Below are positions 25,359-37,100 of a DNA stretch of 64,000 nt, piece after piece (position 1 is the first letter of the stretch; each line of letters opens with the position of its first letter). The stretch is taken from contig ML992501.1 of the NCBI GenBank assembly GCA_010093995.1, positions 640,227-704,226 on the forward strand. Reading direction: 5' to 3'. The DNA comes from Elsinoe ampelina (lineage: Eukaryota). Both the position numbers and the translations under genes were made by a program. Below the pieces are notes generated by a model. It was not told where the DNA came from and ran no database searches. It worked only from the letters and a program-made list of their open reading frames with translations.

Positions 25359-25599
25359 TAGATACCATATCATGCACATACGTAGTAATGAGAAATGACC
25401 GAACCCTCATGCAACCTCCCGAACCCAGATCGTCATGATCGACCAAAAGTTGGAGAAATTGGAGATCCCTCTGCCGTTCAACCACTCTATCAACCACCCT
25501 CGACCCTCATCCCTCGCCCATCCCTCGATCTCCTATCTCCTCCCTCATCCCTATCTACCCACCATCCTACCGTCAACCACCCAATCACCCTCAGCAATC

Positions 25600-26523
25600 A
25601 TGACCACCACAACAATCACCCTCGACTCCATCGCCTACCACACAACCCTGCACCTCCCCACCCCCTCCTCCCTAGCCCCCCACCCCCCCACCGCCCCCCT
25701 CATCACCCTCTCCCACGCCCTCATGGCCTCTCCAGCAATGTGGTCCCCCCTCCTCCCCCCCCTCCTATCCGCAGGCTACCGCGTCCTAACCTACGCCCAC
25801 CCAGGGCACTCCCCCACCGGGCCCCCTCCCACCTCCACGTCCACCTTCATCCACTTCGACACGCTCACCTCCCACCTCGCGAGCATCATCCGCCACCACA
25901 ACGCGACCTGCTTCGCGCCCGCGCGCGCCGACCCCGCGGCGTGGCCCGACGTCAACGCCGCGACGCTGGACGACCAGGACGTCTTCGCGCTGATCGGGTG
26001 TTCCATGGGGGCGGTGCTGGCGCTGCGGTTCGCGCAACTGTGGCCCACCAAGGTCCAGAGGGTGGTGGCGGTGGGGGCGCCGGGGTTGACGTCGCTTCCG
26101 CGGGCGAAAGGGGCGTGGGATGAGCGGGTTGGCATGTTCGAGAGGGATTTGGCAAGGGGGACGGAGGAGTTGGTGGAGCAGACGGTGGGGAGGTGGTTGC
26201 CTGGTGATGAGGAACGGAGTGTGAGAGCGAGGGAGCTGGCGAGGGGGATGACGAGGGGGTGTGGGCTGGAGGGGTATAAGGCTTGTGTTGGGGGGATTAG
26301 GGCGTATGATTATACTGAGGAGCTGGGGAGGGTGAGGGCGAGGACGTTGGTGGTGGTGGGGAGCAGGGATGGGGCGGTCGGGGAGAGGGGGGTGAATGAG
26401 GATGTGGCGAGGAGGACGGGGGGAAGGTTCGTTTGGTTGGAGGGGGCGGGGCATTTGCCGCCGATTCATATGCCGGAGGAGTTTGGGAGGTTGGTGGTGG
26501 AGTTTTTGGAAGAGGAGGGGTAG
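25600..26523 (+). CDS. Alpha/beta hydrolase (3-oxoadipate enol-lactonase-like)
   Basis: SHAL oxyanion region, HPGHS, nucleophile elbow GCSMG, GSRD acid, GAGHLP catalytic His. Confidence 0.85.
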   Translation: MTTTTITLDSIAYHTTLHLPTPSSLAPHPPTAPLITLSHALMASPAMWSPLLPPLLSAGYRVLTYAHPGHSPTGPPPTSTSTFIHFDTLTSHLASIIRHHNATCFAPARADPAAWPDVNAATLDDQDVFALIGCSMGAVLALRFAQLWPTKVQRVVAVGAPGLTSLPRAKGAWDERVGMFERDLARGTEELVEQTVGRWLPGDEERSVRARELARGMTRGCGLEGYKACVGGIRAYDYTEELGRVRARTLVVVGSRDGAVGERGVNEDVARRTGGRFVWLEGAGHLPPIHMPEEFGRLVVEFLEEEG

Positions 26524-26592
26524 GGGATGGAAGACGAGATGGAGTGGGAGAAACGGGCTGGGAAGATGGAAAAGGGGTATATGGCCGTAATG

Positions 26593-28906
26593 CTACATGC
26601 GTCTGAAAGTGTTGCCACTTGCACTCCGGCGAGCTCCTCGAGATTGGTGCCGACCGGAATCTGCTTCATTGAGATCTTCTGCCCGCGGCCGCTGTTTCTT
26701 CTGAGGCCGCGAGGGGGCAAAGGTGACTTGCTTCTCGCCAACCACGCCGCCACCGGTGCGATTTTGCCGGGGGTTTGACTTGTGGGAGAGGTCGGAGGCA
26801 AGGGCGCCAAAGGACTGGTCCCTTCGTCGGGGTTGTGGCTTGCTATTAGACGAGCTGACCAGCATCTTCGGTCCGGCTTGTGGTGGTCCTCGTCTCTTGC
26901 CTGCTTTTCCGTAAGAGGAAGCCGAAATGCGATTTCGATCGTCGCCCTCTTCATCCTGTCCTCTCCTCTTCCTCTGCCGCGAAATGGCTGCCTCATCCTC
27001 ATCTTGCTGATCACTTTCCGAATCTGAAGAATCCAAGCCTCTCCGCTCCTCCAACTCTTCTTGCTCTGCTGCCGTGAGACCTCGCTTCTTGACCTGTCGA
27101 TCTGTCCCATTAGGCACTGAAGATGGATTGAGCATAGCGAACTCCCGCGATGACTCATCAATCTCGAAATCTTCGTTCTGGAACAGACCCGAGAAACGCG
27201 GATCGACCAGCGTCTTTTCCGTGACCTCTTCGTCGGCGTCATCTGCCATTCTGGTGTCTTCATCTCCATTCGCCTCAGTCTTTGGCTCATCACCGCCCTG
27301 TCGTAGTACCCTCCTAGCCTTCCGTCGCTCATTTGCCTCGTCCCTGGCAAGCAACTTCTCCGCGAACTTCCTGTTGACCTTGACTTTAACAGCCTTGGAC
27401 CCACGAATCCTGCTCTCCCTTTCCTTGGCAATCTTCTCTTGAATGCTCTTCTCCCGCTCCTGCTCGAACAGTAGTGGATTACTGATCAGCTTGGCTTGTT
27501 CGTATAGCTTCTGTGCAACAAAATATCCATGCATATATGGACGCAACAAAGAAGTCTGGCCGACCAAGTGGTCCATGTTAAGCTCGCGTAGCTGCTGCAT
27601 AGACAAGAACTTGTAGTTGTCGTAGACTGTCCCAGAAGTTCCAAAGCCATTATTCTTGTATGCACTCGGGTCGTCCGCATCCTCTGCCATCTCCTCCACC
27701 AAGTTGTCCAGGAATGCGCACCATCGTGGTGCAGGACCAAGCTGTGGAACGAGGAAAGAATGCTGTTGTCGCCCCTCGTTTGCAGTAAGAAACATACCAG
27801 TGTTTGGCACCCATTCGACATGATTCAAGTCAACAGCTGGTTCTACCGAAGTCCAAGCGTCGCCTGTTTCGGCATCCCAGATCTTGATGTTCCTCTTGTC
27901 AGCCGACATGACCTTGTCGCTCACATGTGCGGAGTCTAGGAAGCGCAGGTTCTGGATAGGCTCATCGTAGCCTTGCTCCTTTTGTAGTAGCGGTACTGGT
28001 GATCGTAGGTCGTAAATACTGACCAGACCTGTGGAAGTGCCTGCTGCCAGCCTCAATCCAGATGAGTGGAATTCTAATGCTGAAATCTCTGGACGTAGAG
28101 CGTTGTCCAGTGAGTAATGTTGTGGTTTGGCCAAGGTCGCTACACGACTCTTGCTTCTCGGATCCCAGAACTCTACGGTACCCAGCGAGGTTCCGAAGGC
28201 GAGCATGTTATGTGAATTCTCCGCCACTGCCGCAGCATTGACGGCTCCGGTGTTGATACCTCCCTGTAGCGAGCCAGCGCCGACAGTCTCCGTGTCATCG
28301 CCACCAACGTCGACCTCGTAGCCTTTCATAAATCTGCCTAGCTCAAGATTGAGCCTGAAGACTTCACCATTACCGTTCTCGTTGACACCGACAGCCGGTA
28401 CGAGAGCCTCGGCAGACTTGTTGACGTAGACCAGGTCCCGGCCGTAGCGAGGTATCCGGACAGCATAGTGAAGATTTCCCTGGCCTTGAAATTCCAGGAA
28501 CCGATCCGATTGAAGGTGCAGTGATTTTGTATAGTCGCTAGATAATAAGACGAATTTTTGATTAAGCGAATTTGTGTGGCGTGCGAACGACAGTGATAGG
28601 TGTGGCAAATAGTGCACATGGATTTGTGGCTTATATGTGCCTGCCAGACATTAATACCTGTTATATAGTTGCTTGCAATGTATATTTACCAGTTGACATC
28701 AACCAGTCGCCATCTTCACTGACCCTCACGCATGAACTCGCCTCCTCAAATTCAAAGTCCTGCAACAACTCCACTCGATTTGCGTACTCGGGATCCTTCT
28801 TCAAACTTCGCTTCCGCTTTCGAGCCAGCCATTCCGGTAAGGGCCGCGCAGTCGAAGAGCCGGCGATGGTATAGACCGGCACTGAGTCGGAACTCGTGAG
28901 CTTCAT
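26593..28906 (-). CDS. ENP2: Ribosome biogenesis protein Enp2/NOL10 (WD40 + NUC153), one intron ~28641-28689
   Basis: VYTIAGSSTARPLPEWL, RVELLQDFEFEEAS, spliced MSTG/TYKPQIH, LGPAPRWCAFLDNLVEEM, DPRFSGLFQNEDFEIDE. Confidence 0.95.
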
Positions 28907-28990
28907 CTGCTTCAGATGGTGGCGTAATTGTGAGAAGGCTCAACTTGTGAAATTCTTCGAATCTTTCTTCGCGACGATTATTAGACTTTT

Positions 28991-29254
28991 CGCTAAAAAT
29001 TTTAGCGCCGTCGATCTGCCGAGCGCCACAAAATCGGTCTGAACTCCGCCTTGTTTATTGACGACTACACGAAAGGCTCCATTGTAATGACAGTAGAGAC
29101 ATCGTTCTTGCCTTACTTCGGAACTGCTACACAGCAACCATAAAGTACTGAAGTTCTCTCATCGTTCATCGCCACTCGCTGCTCAGGAAGCATTAATACC
29201 ACGAGGGCTGCTCACGTCATCGGATCGCTACAGCATTTACAACCATGATGAGCT
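28991..29254. promoter_or_regulatory. Divergent ENP2/SNF2 promoter with RRPE-like and PAC-like motifs
   Basis: Palindrome CGCTAAAAATTTTAGCG (28991-29007) containing AAAAATTTT; CTCATCG (29158-29164) and GATGAGCT (29247-29254); upstream of a ribosome-biogenesis gene. Confidence 0.5.
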
Positions 29255-29283
29255 TATAGCACGGCGAATATCGGGAAATCATC

Positions 29284-32200
29284 ATGGCCAATGATAGGCC
29301 AAACGTCGGTGGTGCTCCATCAAACCCACATTCGAACAGTCAAAACCAACCGCCACCACCATCTGGGCCAGGCATTCAGAAGGCAACAACAGCACCAATC
29401 CATGCATCAACTGTCCAGCCACAATTCGGGCAGGCTAGTCCGCTCAGAAACCCTCTGAAGCCTCAGCCTAATATCTTCAAGCCGAATCCCAAGCGACCCG
29501 AGCATCATAGACCCAATCCTCCTGTCTTCTACAGACCTGGCCAAAAGCCTCTCGCTCCTGCACAAACCTTTCCGCAGCAGGCACCGTCATCGAAACCTCA
29601 GCAGCCGTCGTTCGGCCCATCTTCTAGGGAAGGATTCTATCTACCAGGCAAGAAGCGACAGGAAGTACCGGGAGCAATCGCGAGCACAGCAATCTCGGCA
29701 GACTTCTTCGAGATATCGAGGCCGGCTAATGCGCCAGCGAGGACGATTGTTCCAGCCACAAAACCGACTTTCTCGTCGCTGGGTCCAAAAACCAATTTCT
29801 CTCCCTTTAAACCTGTGGGACAACGGAGCAGTCCAATCGTAATCGATGATGATGATGACGGGTTCAACCCGGATGCTGCGTTCAAGGATGACAAGTTTGG
29901 AGCACTCGATCCATACATGTACGTTGATCCGAGCAAAGCGGGCGAAGACATCAAGGCCTTACTCGAAGGAGCCTTTGATGATGACGAGGACCGGCCAAAG
30001 ACTAGACTGCGAAATCGTGCCAGAAAGCCGGCACCTGACAAGCCAAAGAAGAAGACCCTGGCTGATAAGCTCGCCAATCTTGACGTCAAAGATAGCTCGT
30101 CGGGAGACTCGGAGGCAAAGGAGGACGAAGGTGACGATGAAGAAGAGGATGGTACTGTTGAAGGCATGGCAGTGAAGCTTCTACCACATCAAGTCGATGG
30201 AGTTTCCTGGATGCTCGACAAGGAGATCGGAGAGCGAAAGAAGAATGGAGTACTCCCGAAGGGTGGTATACTGGCAGATGACATGGGCCTTGGAAAGACG
30301 ATACAGTCCGTTACATTGATTTTGACAAATCCGCGGCCGCCACTAGATGCAAAACCGCCCGAGGGTACAAAACGGAAGATGCCAGGAAAAGAAGTCGGGA
30401 AAGGCACGCTGGTGATCGCTCCGCTTGCTCTCATCAAACAGTGGGAGGCAGAGATCAAAACCAGAGTCTCGCCTTCCCACGCACTCAGAGTCTTGGTTCA
30501 TCATGGCTCAAATCGGACCAAATCCCATCTCGAGCTTAAGAAGTACGATGTGGTTATCACAACATACCAGATCATCGCATCGGAGCATGCCGGCTCCTCA
30601 GATCACGACGAAGGTATCAAAGTTGGCTGCTTCGGGGTCCACTGGTACCGCATCATCTTGGATGAAGCACACAGTATCAAAAACCGAAGCGCAAAGTCGA
30701 CACAAGCTTGCTGCGCTCTGAAAAGCTGGTATAGATGGTGTTTGACAGGCACGCCCATGCAGAACAATCTGGATGAGCTGCAGAGTCTCATCCACTTCCT
30801 CCGAATCAAGCCCTACAACGAGCTGTCGCATTGGAAGCAGCAAATTACTGCTCCAATGAAGAATGGTAAGGGTCAATTTGCTATCAAGCGTGTTCAGTAC
30901 TTCTTGAAGGCTTTCATGAAGCGACGCACAAAGGACATCTTAAAGCAAGAGGGAGCCCTGAATTTCGGGGGAAAGAAGGATGTGGATGGAAAGAAATCTC
31001 AAGGCATGCAGATCGTGAAGCGCGAGGTACAATCCGTCATCTGCGATCTGGACGACTATGAGCGAGAGTTCTACGACAAGCTGGCACAGCGCGCAAACGA
31101 CCGACTGCAAGACATGATGGGTGGCGAAAAGACTGATTACATCGGAGCGCTCGTGCTGCTGCTTCGTCTGCGCCAAGCATGCAACCATCCTCAATTGATC
31201 AAGTCAGCCATGGCAAAGGACAAAGATGCACTGGCGACTGCTGGCATAGGAGGGTCGCAGTCACCAACCAAGGCTTCGGCGAAAGACGATGTCGATGATC
31301 TAGCGGATCTGCTCGGCGGTCTGGAAGTAAAGACAAAGACATGCGACGTGTGTCAAGTCAAGCTTGATCCCAAGCAGGCCGAGAATGGCTCTGTCCGTTG
31401 TGAAGACTGCGAAGCCGATCTGAGCTTGACAGAGGCCAGACAGAAGAAGACAGTTTCACGCGGTGGAGGCAAGAAAGGTAAGCAGCCTGTCGCCAAACGT
31501 CGGCAACCACGCAAAGTCATCGAAGACAGCGATGACGAGGACGAAGAAGGCGAGGGAGACTGGCTAGTATCTCCTGGGTCACAGCACCAGAACCTGGGCA
31601 AGGCAGGAGGCACTGACGACGAGGATGCCGAAGGCGGCGGCGACACTCTTGGCTCGATCGACTCGAACACAGACTCGGAAGACAGCGACGACGAAGTCCG
31701 CGTCCGCAAACCCGGACGTCGCTCCACCCCCCGGACCTCGACCCATTCAACCTCGTCCGACGGATCCTCCGGCCATCCCACGCGCCGCCTCACCTTCAGC
31801 TCCGACTCGTACCCCTCGACCAAAATCCGCCATCTCTTCCGCATCCTCACCACCGAAACCCCCAACCACAAAGTCATCGTCTTCTCCCAATTCACCACCA
31901 TGCTCGACCTCATCCAACCCCACCTCCAACACGCCCGCATCCCCTTCGTCCGCTACGACGGCTCCCTCGCCAACCCCATCCGCGAAGCCGCCCTTCACAG
32001 CCTCCGCACCGACCCCTCCGTGCGCGTCCTCCTCTGCAGTCTAAAATGCGGCTCCCTCGGCCTCAACCTCACCGCCGCGTCCCGCGTCGTGATCGTGGAA
32101 CCCTTCTGGAACCCTTTCGTTGAAGAACAGGCCATCGATCGCGTGCATCGTCTCAACCAGACTGTGGATGTGAAGGTGTATAAATTGACGGTCAAGGAGA

Positions 32201-32544
32201 GTGTGGAGGAGCGGATCCTCGAGTTGCAGGATAAGAAGAGGGAGTTGGCGAAGGCGGCGATTGAGGGGGGCAAGACGGTGGGGAAGTTGAGTATGAGGGA
32301 TTTGTTGGGGTTGTTTGGGGGGCAGTTTGATCAGGTTGGGACGGAGGAGGGGGCGGGGGTGGGCGCGGATGGGAAGGCGGCGGGGAAGGGGTTGTTGGAG
32401 GGGGTTGCGGGGAGGGGGCCGGAGAGGGGGACGTTGGTGGTGCAGAACCAGGGGCAGGGGCAGAGGCAGGGGGTGTCGGATGTGAGGAGGCAGGAGAAGG
32501 GTGGGAGGGGAAGGGTGGAGGACCCGGTCTTTGGGAGGCGATAA
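29284..32544 (+). CDS. SNF2-family helicase/ATPase (Rad5/16-Uls1-TTF2-like group)
   Basis: GGILADDMGLGKT, IILDEAH, CLTGTP, LLRLRQACNHP, reduced CxxC..CxxC, VFSQF, GLNLTAA, QAIDRVHR. Confidence 0.95.
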   Translation: MANDRPNVGGAPSNPHSNSQNQPPPPSGPGIQKATTAPIHASTVQPQFGQASPLRNPLKPQPNIFKPNPKRPEHHRPNPPVFYRPGQKPLAPAQTFPQQAPSSKPQQPSFGPSSREGFYLPGKKRQEVPGAIASTAISADFFEISRPANAPARTIVPATKPTFSSLGPKTNFSPFKPVGQRSSPIVIDDDDDGFNPDAAFKDDKFGALDPYMYVDPSKAGEDIKALLEGAFDDDEDRPKTRLRNRARKPAPDKPKKKTLADKLANLDVKDSSSGDSEAKEDEGDDEEEDGTVEGMAVKLLPHQVDGVSWMLDKEIGERKKNGVLPKGGILADDMGLGKTIQSVTLILTNPRPPLDAKPPEGTKRKMPGKEVGKGTLVIAPLALIKQWEAEIKTRVSPSHALRVLVHHGSNRTKSHLELKKYDVVITTYQIIASEHAGSSDHDEGIKVGCFGVHWYRIILDEAHSIKNRSAKSTQACCALKSWYRWCLTGTPMQNNLDELQSLIHFLRIKPYNELSHWKQQITAPMKNGKGQFAIKRVQYFLKAFMKRRTKDILKQEGALNFGGKKDVDGKKSQGMQIVKREVQSVICDLDDYEREFYDKLAQRANDRLQDMMGGEKTDYIGALVLLLRLRQACNHPQLIKSAMAKDKDALATAGIGGSQSPTKASAKDDVDDLADLLGGLEVKTKTCDVCQVKLDPKQAENGSVRCEDCEADLSLTEARQKKTVSRGGGKKGKQPVAKRRQPRKVIEDSDDEDEEGEGDWLVSPGSQHQNLGKAGGTDDEDAEGGGDTLGSIDSNTDSEDSDDEVRVRKPGRRSTPRTSTHSTSSDGSSGHPTRRLTFSSDSYPSTKIRHLFRILTTETPNHKVIVFSQFTTMLDLIQPHLQHARIPFVRYDGSLANPIREAALHSLRTDPSVRVLLCSLKCGSLGLNLTAASRVVIVEPFWNPFVEEQAIDRVHRLNQTVDVKVYKLTVKESVEERILELQDKKRELAKAAIEGGKTVGKLSMRDLLGLFGGQFDQVGTEEGAGVGADGKAAGKGLLEGVAGRGPERGTLVVQNQGQGQRQGVSDVRRQEKGGRGRVEDPVFGRR

Positions 32545-32819
32545 ATGATGATAAAGTTTTGGGATAGGCGTTTTTGAATCGATGCATGTGTTCCGTCAGT
32601 CCTTTGTCCTCTTTGTGCATGTCGTTCGCGCGACATCAAATGGAATTTGCTAGTTTGTTTGATTTGCTGGAGTGGCGAATCACACGTTGACAGGGTCAGT
32701 GACGGTCATACATCACATTTGATGACAAATGAACATGTTCGTCCGATGCATTCGGGCCTGCTCTATCGACTCGCGGGCTCAGAATCGCCGATATCCTTCG
32801 TCTTTGTACAGAAAATTGC

Positions 32820-33750
32820 TCACTTCTTTTGCTCTTCGGGTTTCGGCTCAGGTTTCGGCGTAGGCAGCTTGAAGGCCTCAGGAGTCCTATTATGGCCCTC
32901 TCCAATTTGTTCCCAGGCGCTGGAGCCGCCCTCAAAATTGCGAAAGGCCTGCGTTAACTCAAGAGGTTCGACGACAATCCTCTTCTTCTCCTCGTCGTAT
33001 CGAATCTCGGTATACCCAGTGAGGGGAAAGTCCTTGCGAAGAGGATGTCCGTCGAAGCCGTAGTCCGTCATGATGCGGCGCAGATCAGGGTGGCCGGTGA
33101 AGAAGACACCGAAGAGATCGTAGACCTCTCTCTCGTACCAATTTGCTCCGTCGTACAGGCTACAGATCGAGGGGACAGGAGTTGCTTCGTCCGCGTATGT
33201 CTTGACCCTGATTCTCGAGTTGTGCCTCACGCTCAGCATATTGTAGACGACCTCGAAACGCTGGTCACGCGTGGGATAGTCGACTGCTGTGATGTCGGAG
33301 ATCTGGGTGAACTCGGCGGCTGTGTGGTACTTGAGGAAGGAGAAGACCGGGATGACGCCCGAGGGGGGGATATAGATCGTGAGCTCGTCCTTCCAGACGG
33401 AGAATTGCTGAATGTACTTTGGTAGACATGAGAGGAGATATTGGCCGTAGTTGTGGAGTGCTTCCGACTTTTCCTGGAACTTGTCTGTTGGGTTGACGAT
33501 CGGGGCTGAGAGGGGTCCTTGAGCATCTCGTCGAGCATGCTGTAGATAGCAGTCAGTTCTGGACTCTCTTCTAGTCGGCGATATGTCCTTGGTGTAGACT
33601 GACCCTCATGTTTGGGAAATCCTTTGCTCCTGATGCCAGCTCTTTTGCCCGCAATACCGTAACGCTGAACGGTCTGGCATTTTGGACTTGCTTGGACGCT
33701 CCTCGCGCCAATGCCCTGCAGGATCGCGACAGTACTGGCTGTAGTGACAT
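32820..33750 (-). CDS. NDUFS3: NADH:ubiquinone oxidoreductase 30 kDa subunit, intron-containing
   Basis: [43 protein letters not shown]; presequence-like first exon; intron near 33540-33603. Confidence 0.95.
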
Positions 33751-34122
33751 TGTGGTCAACTGTCTGGTTTGATTGTCAATGCGTCGACTGCTCAAGGTCG
33801 AGCAACTGAAGTCATTGGTTCATGATGATGTTCATTGGCTCGGGGAAAGTCTTGGCGCATCCCGGCAAGCAGAGACTCTGATTGGCTGATGAAGCTGGAG
33901 CAGCTATTCTTGCGGCCCTCCTGCCTACGGCATTTGCTCCTCCTAAAACTCGCCATCTACTTGGGCTACACATATTTTCACGGCTGGCGTTGTGCTCTGC
34001 ATTGTTTCAGAAGCGTTCCTTTTACTCCGTCGACAAGACACCTAACGACAACCTGCATTCTCCCACTGTGGCCCCGCGCCTTTACACTTTACAGCATATT
34101 CACAAAGTTCACAACCACAACC

Positions 34123-37100
34123 ATGTCTCGAACGCTACAAGATCAGTTCATCGACGACGACGAGGAAGAGACGTGTCCGCTCTGCGTCGAAGAGTTTGAC
34201 CTCTCAGACAAAGGCTTCAGACCATGCCCATGTGGGTATCAGGTATGTCGATTCGCGTACCACCCCTCCAACGGCCAAGATTCTGACCCGCGATAGATAT
34301 GTCAATTCTGCTATCACAATGTCCGGACCAATATGAATGGTCTGTGTCCGGCATGTCGAAGACCATACGAAGAGTCCAGCATCGAGTTTCGAAAACCAAG
34401 CGCAGAAGAGTACGCCGGTCCTGGAATGTTAAAAGCTCACAAGGTCTAACATATTCACAGGGAAGCAGCTTGGAAGGCAAAGCAAGCAAACAAGCAAAAG
34501 AAGACTGCTGTGGCTCAACAAAAAGAAGTACTCAAACGAGAAGCCGACACCGCGAATAGGAAGCACCTGGCTGGCCTCAGGGTCGTGCAAAAGAATCTCG
34601 TCTACGTCACTGGTTTGAGTCCTTCGGTACAAGAAGATCGCCTGCTGGAAACTCTTCGCGGCCCTCAATATTTCGGGCAGTACGGCAAGATTGTCAAGAT
34701 TGTTGTTAGTAAGGCAAAAGACAATCAGTCCTCAGTCGGTGTGTACGTCACATACGCACGAAAAGAGGATGCCGCCAGTTGTATCAATGCTGTGGACGGA
34801 TCCCAGAACGGCGAGAGGACTCTTAGGTGCGCACATCTGACCTTGCAAGCTCTGGATCAGTAGCTAACTCCTCTCAGGGCTCAATTCGGCACCACCAAAT
34901 ACTGCTCTGCTTACTTACGAAATGAACAGTGCCAAAATCGGAATTGTATGTTCCTACACGAGCCAGGTGAGGACAAGGACAGCTTCACTCGTCAAGATCT
35001 CTCGTCAATGAACGTTGCCTCGACCCAGCAGCAGCCTTCGTCCTATCCTCCGAACCAACCTCCGCCGCAATCTCAACAGCCTGTTGCCGCGGCCCGTCCA
35101 GAATCTACAGCACCATCAACCATTTCTGGTGAGTCCGGGCCAGCATTGCCCTCCACGGCATCATGGGCATCGAAACCGTACCCGCCTTCGAGGAGTGTCA
35201 GTCGAGCTGCCACCGCAACCTCTGCAAGTCCTGCACTTACAAATGTCCAACCTGCCCAGCCTGTGCCCGAAGAGCCGGCGCCGTCGAGTCTTACTACGAC
35301 CCAACCGGAAGAGCCTTTACCAACAGTTGTGGCTGAAGGACCGCAAACAGAAGAGCTACAACCTGTTCGGGAGGCCAACCCGTTCGTGGACTTTGTTCAT
35401 TCCATCATGACGCAAGATCTGCTAGACGTTGCCTTTGACACATCATCATTCACGGAAGAGCACAGGAAGGTAGCGGATCATATGCCTTGCATGATCGACC
35501 CTAGTGGAGGCCGCAAGCGGCGTCTTGCCAGGACCAGAATTGAGGAGGAACAACAACGGCGACTCGAGGAAAGAGTCGCTCAAGAGGAGAACGAGGAACA
35601 ATTACAGCGTAGTGGCAGTCTACAGCTTGGGGGCGAACCAGATGATCCAGCACATGGACAACAGCACGCGATACAACCACCTCAGTCCGGCGGTGGTCAG
35701 GATCTTGACAACGAGTTGTCGCAACTTAATCTCAACGCTCGTGGGATGACGCCGGCGCAACAACAGCTGTTACTTCAGCGCTTCCAGAGTTCCCCATCGC
35801 AACAATCTGTCGGAAGCCAGCAGGCTGGTTTCCAAGGACAGTTCGGCCAGGCAAATCCTCCCGGCCATGCCAGAAATGTGTCGCGCTTCTCATTCGCCAA
35901 TGAATCTTCGGCTGCTACGTCGGTAAAGCCTGTGGCCAACTCCAAGCTTATGCAACAGCAGTCAGCTATGATGCCGCCGCAGACTGGTAACGCCTTTGGA
36001 CAGCAACCATTCTACACAAGCACTGTCTCCGGTCCTCCACCAGGGCTCAAGACAACTGGAACACCACCTGTCAGTGGTGGTGGTATGTTTGGCCAGGGCC
36101 ACGGATTCGCCACCAGTGGACTAGGGTACGGAAGCAACATGCCGAGCAGGAATTCTAATGATGAGATGATGAGGGAACTCTTCCGCAGACGGGATCTGGG
36201 AGGACAGGACGCCGGTAAGCGTGAGTACATGTCTTCTTCTTTGTCACATACTTCAGCAAGCTCTACCCCGACAGCAGCACCTGGCCTCCTGAATTTCCCG
36301 TTCCATGCACAGAATGCTTTCCAGGATGCGAGCTCCCAAAAGTCCAAGAAAAAGGGGAAGAAGCACAGACACGCTAACACTTCCTCCTCCGGGGGTGGTG
36401 TAGGTGATGTAGCAGACCCAAGCATCTTACAAGCACGTCTGCATCAGGGAAATACGCTTGGAAGTCAGGGTAGCTACGGTGGTCAGAGCTTCGGTTTGCC
36501 TTCTGCCATGCATGGCGGAGGCGGTTTGGGGAGATGGTAGACGCAAGCAGTAGCAGCAGCACGGTAGCCAGGGCTTTTCGATTGAGCGATTCTGCAAAAA
36601 AAGACTTAGCGACAAGAGGATCGTTGGCAGGCAAATCCGACTAGATACCTCGGGAGTTTGGGAGCTTTTCAACAGGGGATACCTCAGTAATGCGTATCAA
36701 GAAGAGACGCTTGGGATCTTAATCACGATGGCATTGATGTGCCTAGGATGTCACAGTCGTCTGCGGCCTATCATCACGTTCTCGTCCCTGGCTCTTCTTG
36801 TACGTACACTATCTTGCCTGATCTACAAGGAATGATAGATTGACAAAGCCAGTTTATCTACACCAGACATTCAATTGCCTATGTGACGAGAACGTGATGA
36901 GCCTGCATTTGAGACCTTCTGCCCTGATCTGCTGTTACTGTTGCTGTCGCTACTGCCGTTGCTACCACTTCTTTCATCACGCATCGAGTTAGCTATTTAC
37001 TCTCAGCGACTAACTCATCGGTAGAGACCATCAACCAAGCCGACGATAATGATCCATTTGGCACACCAAGCGCGACGCCGTCTCAGCAGCAGGGAGAATT

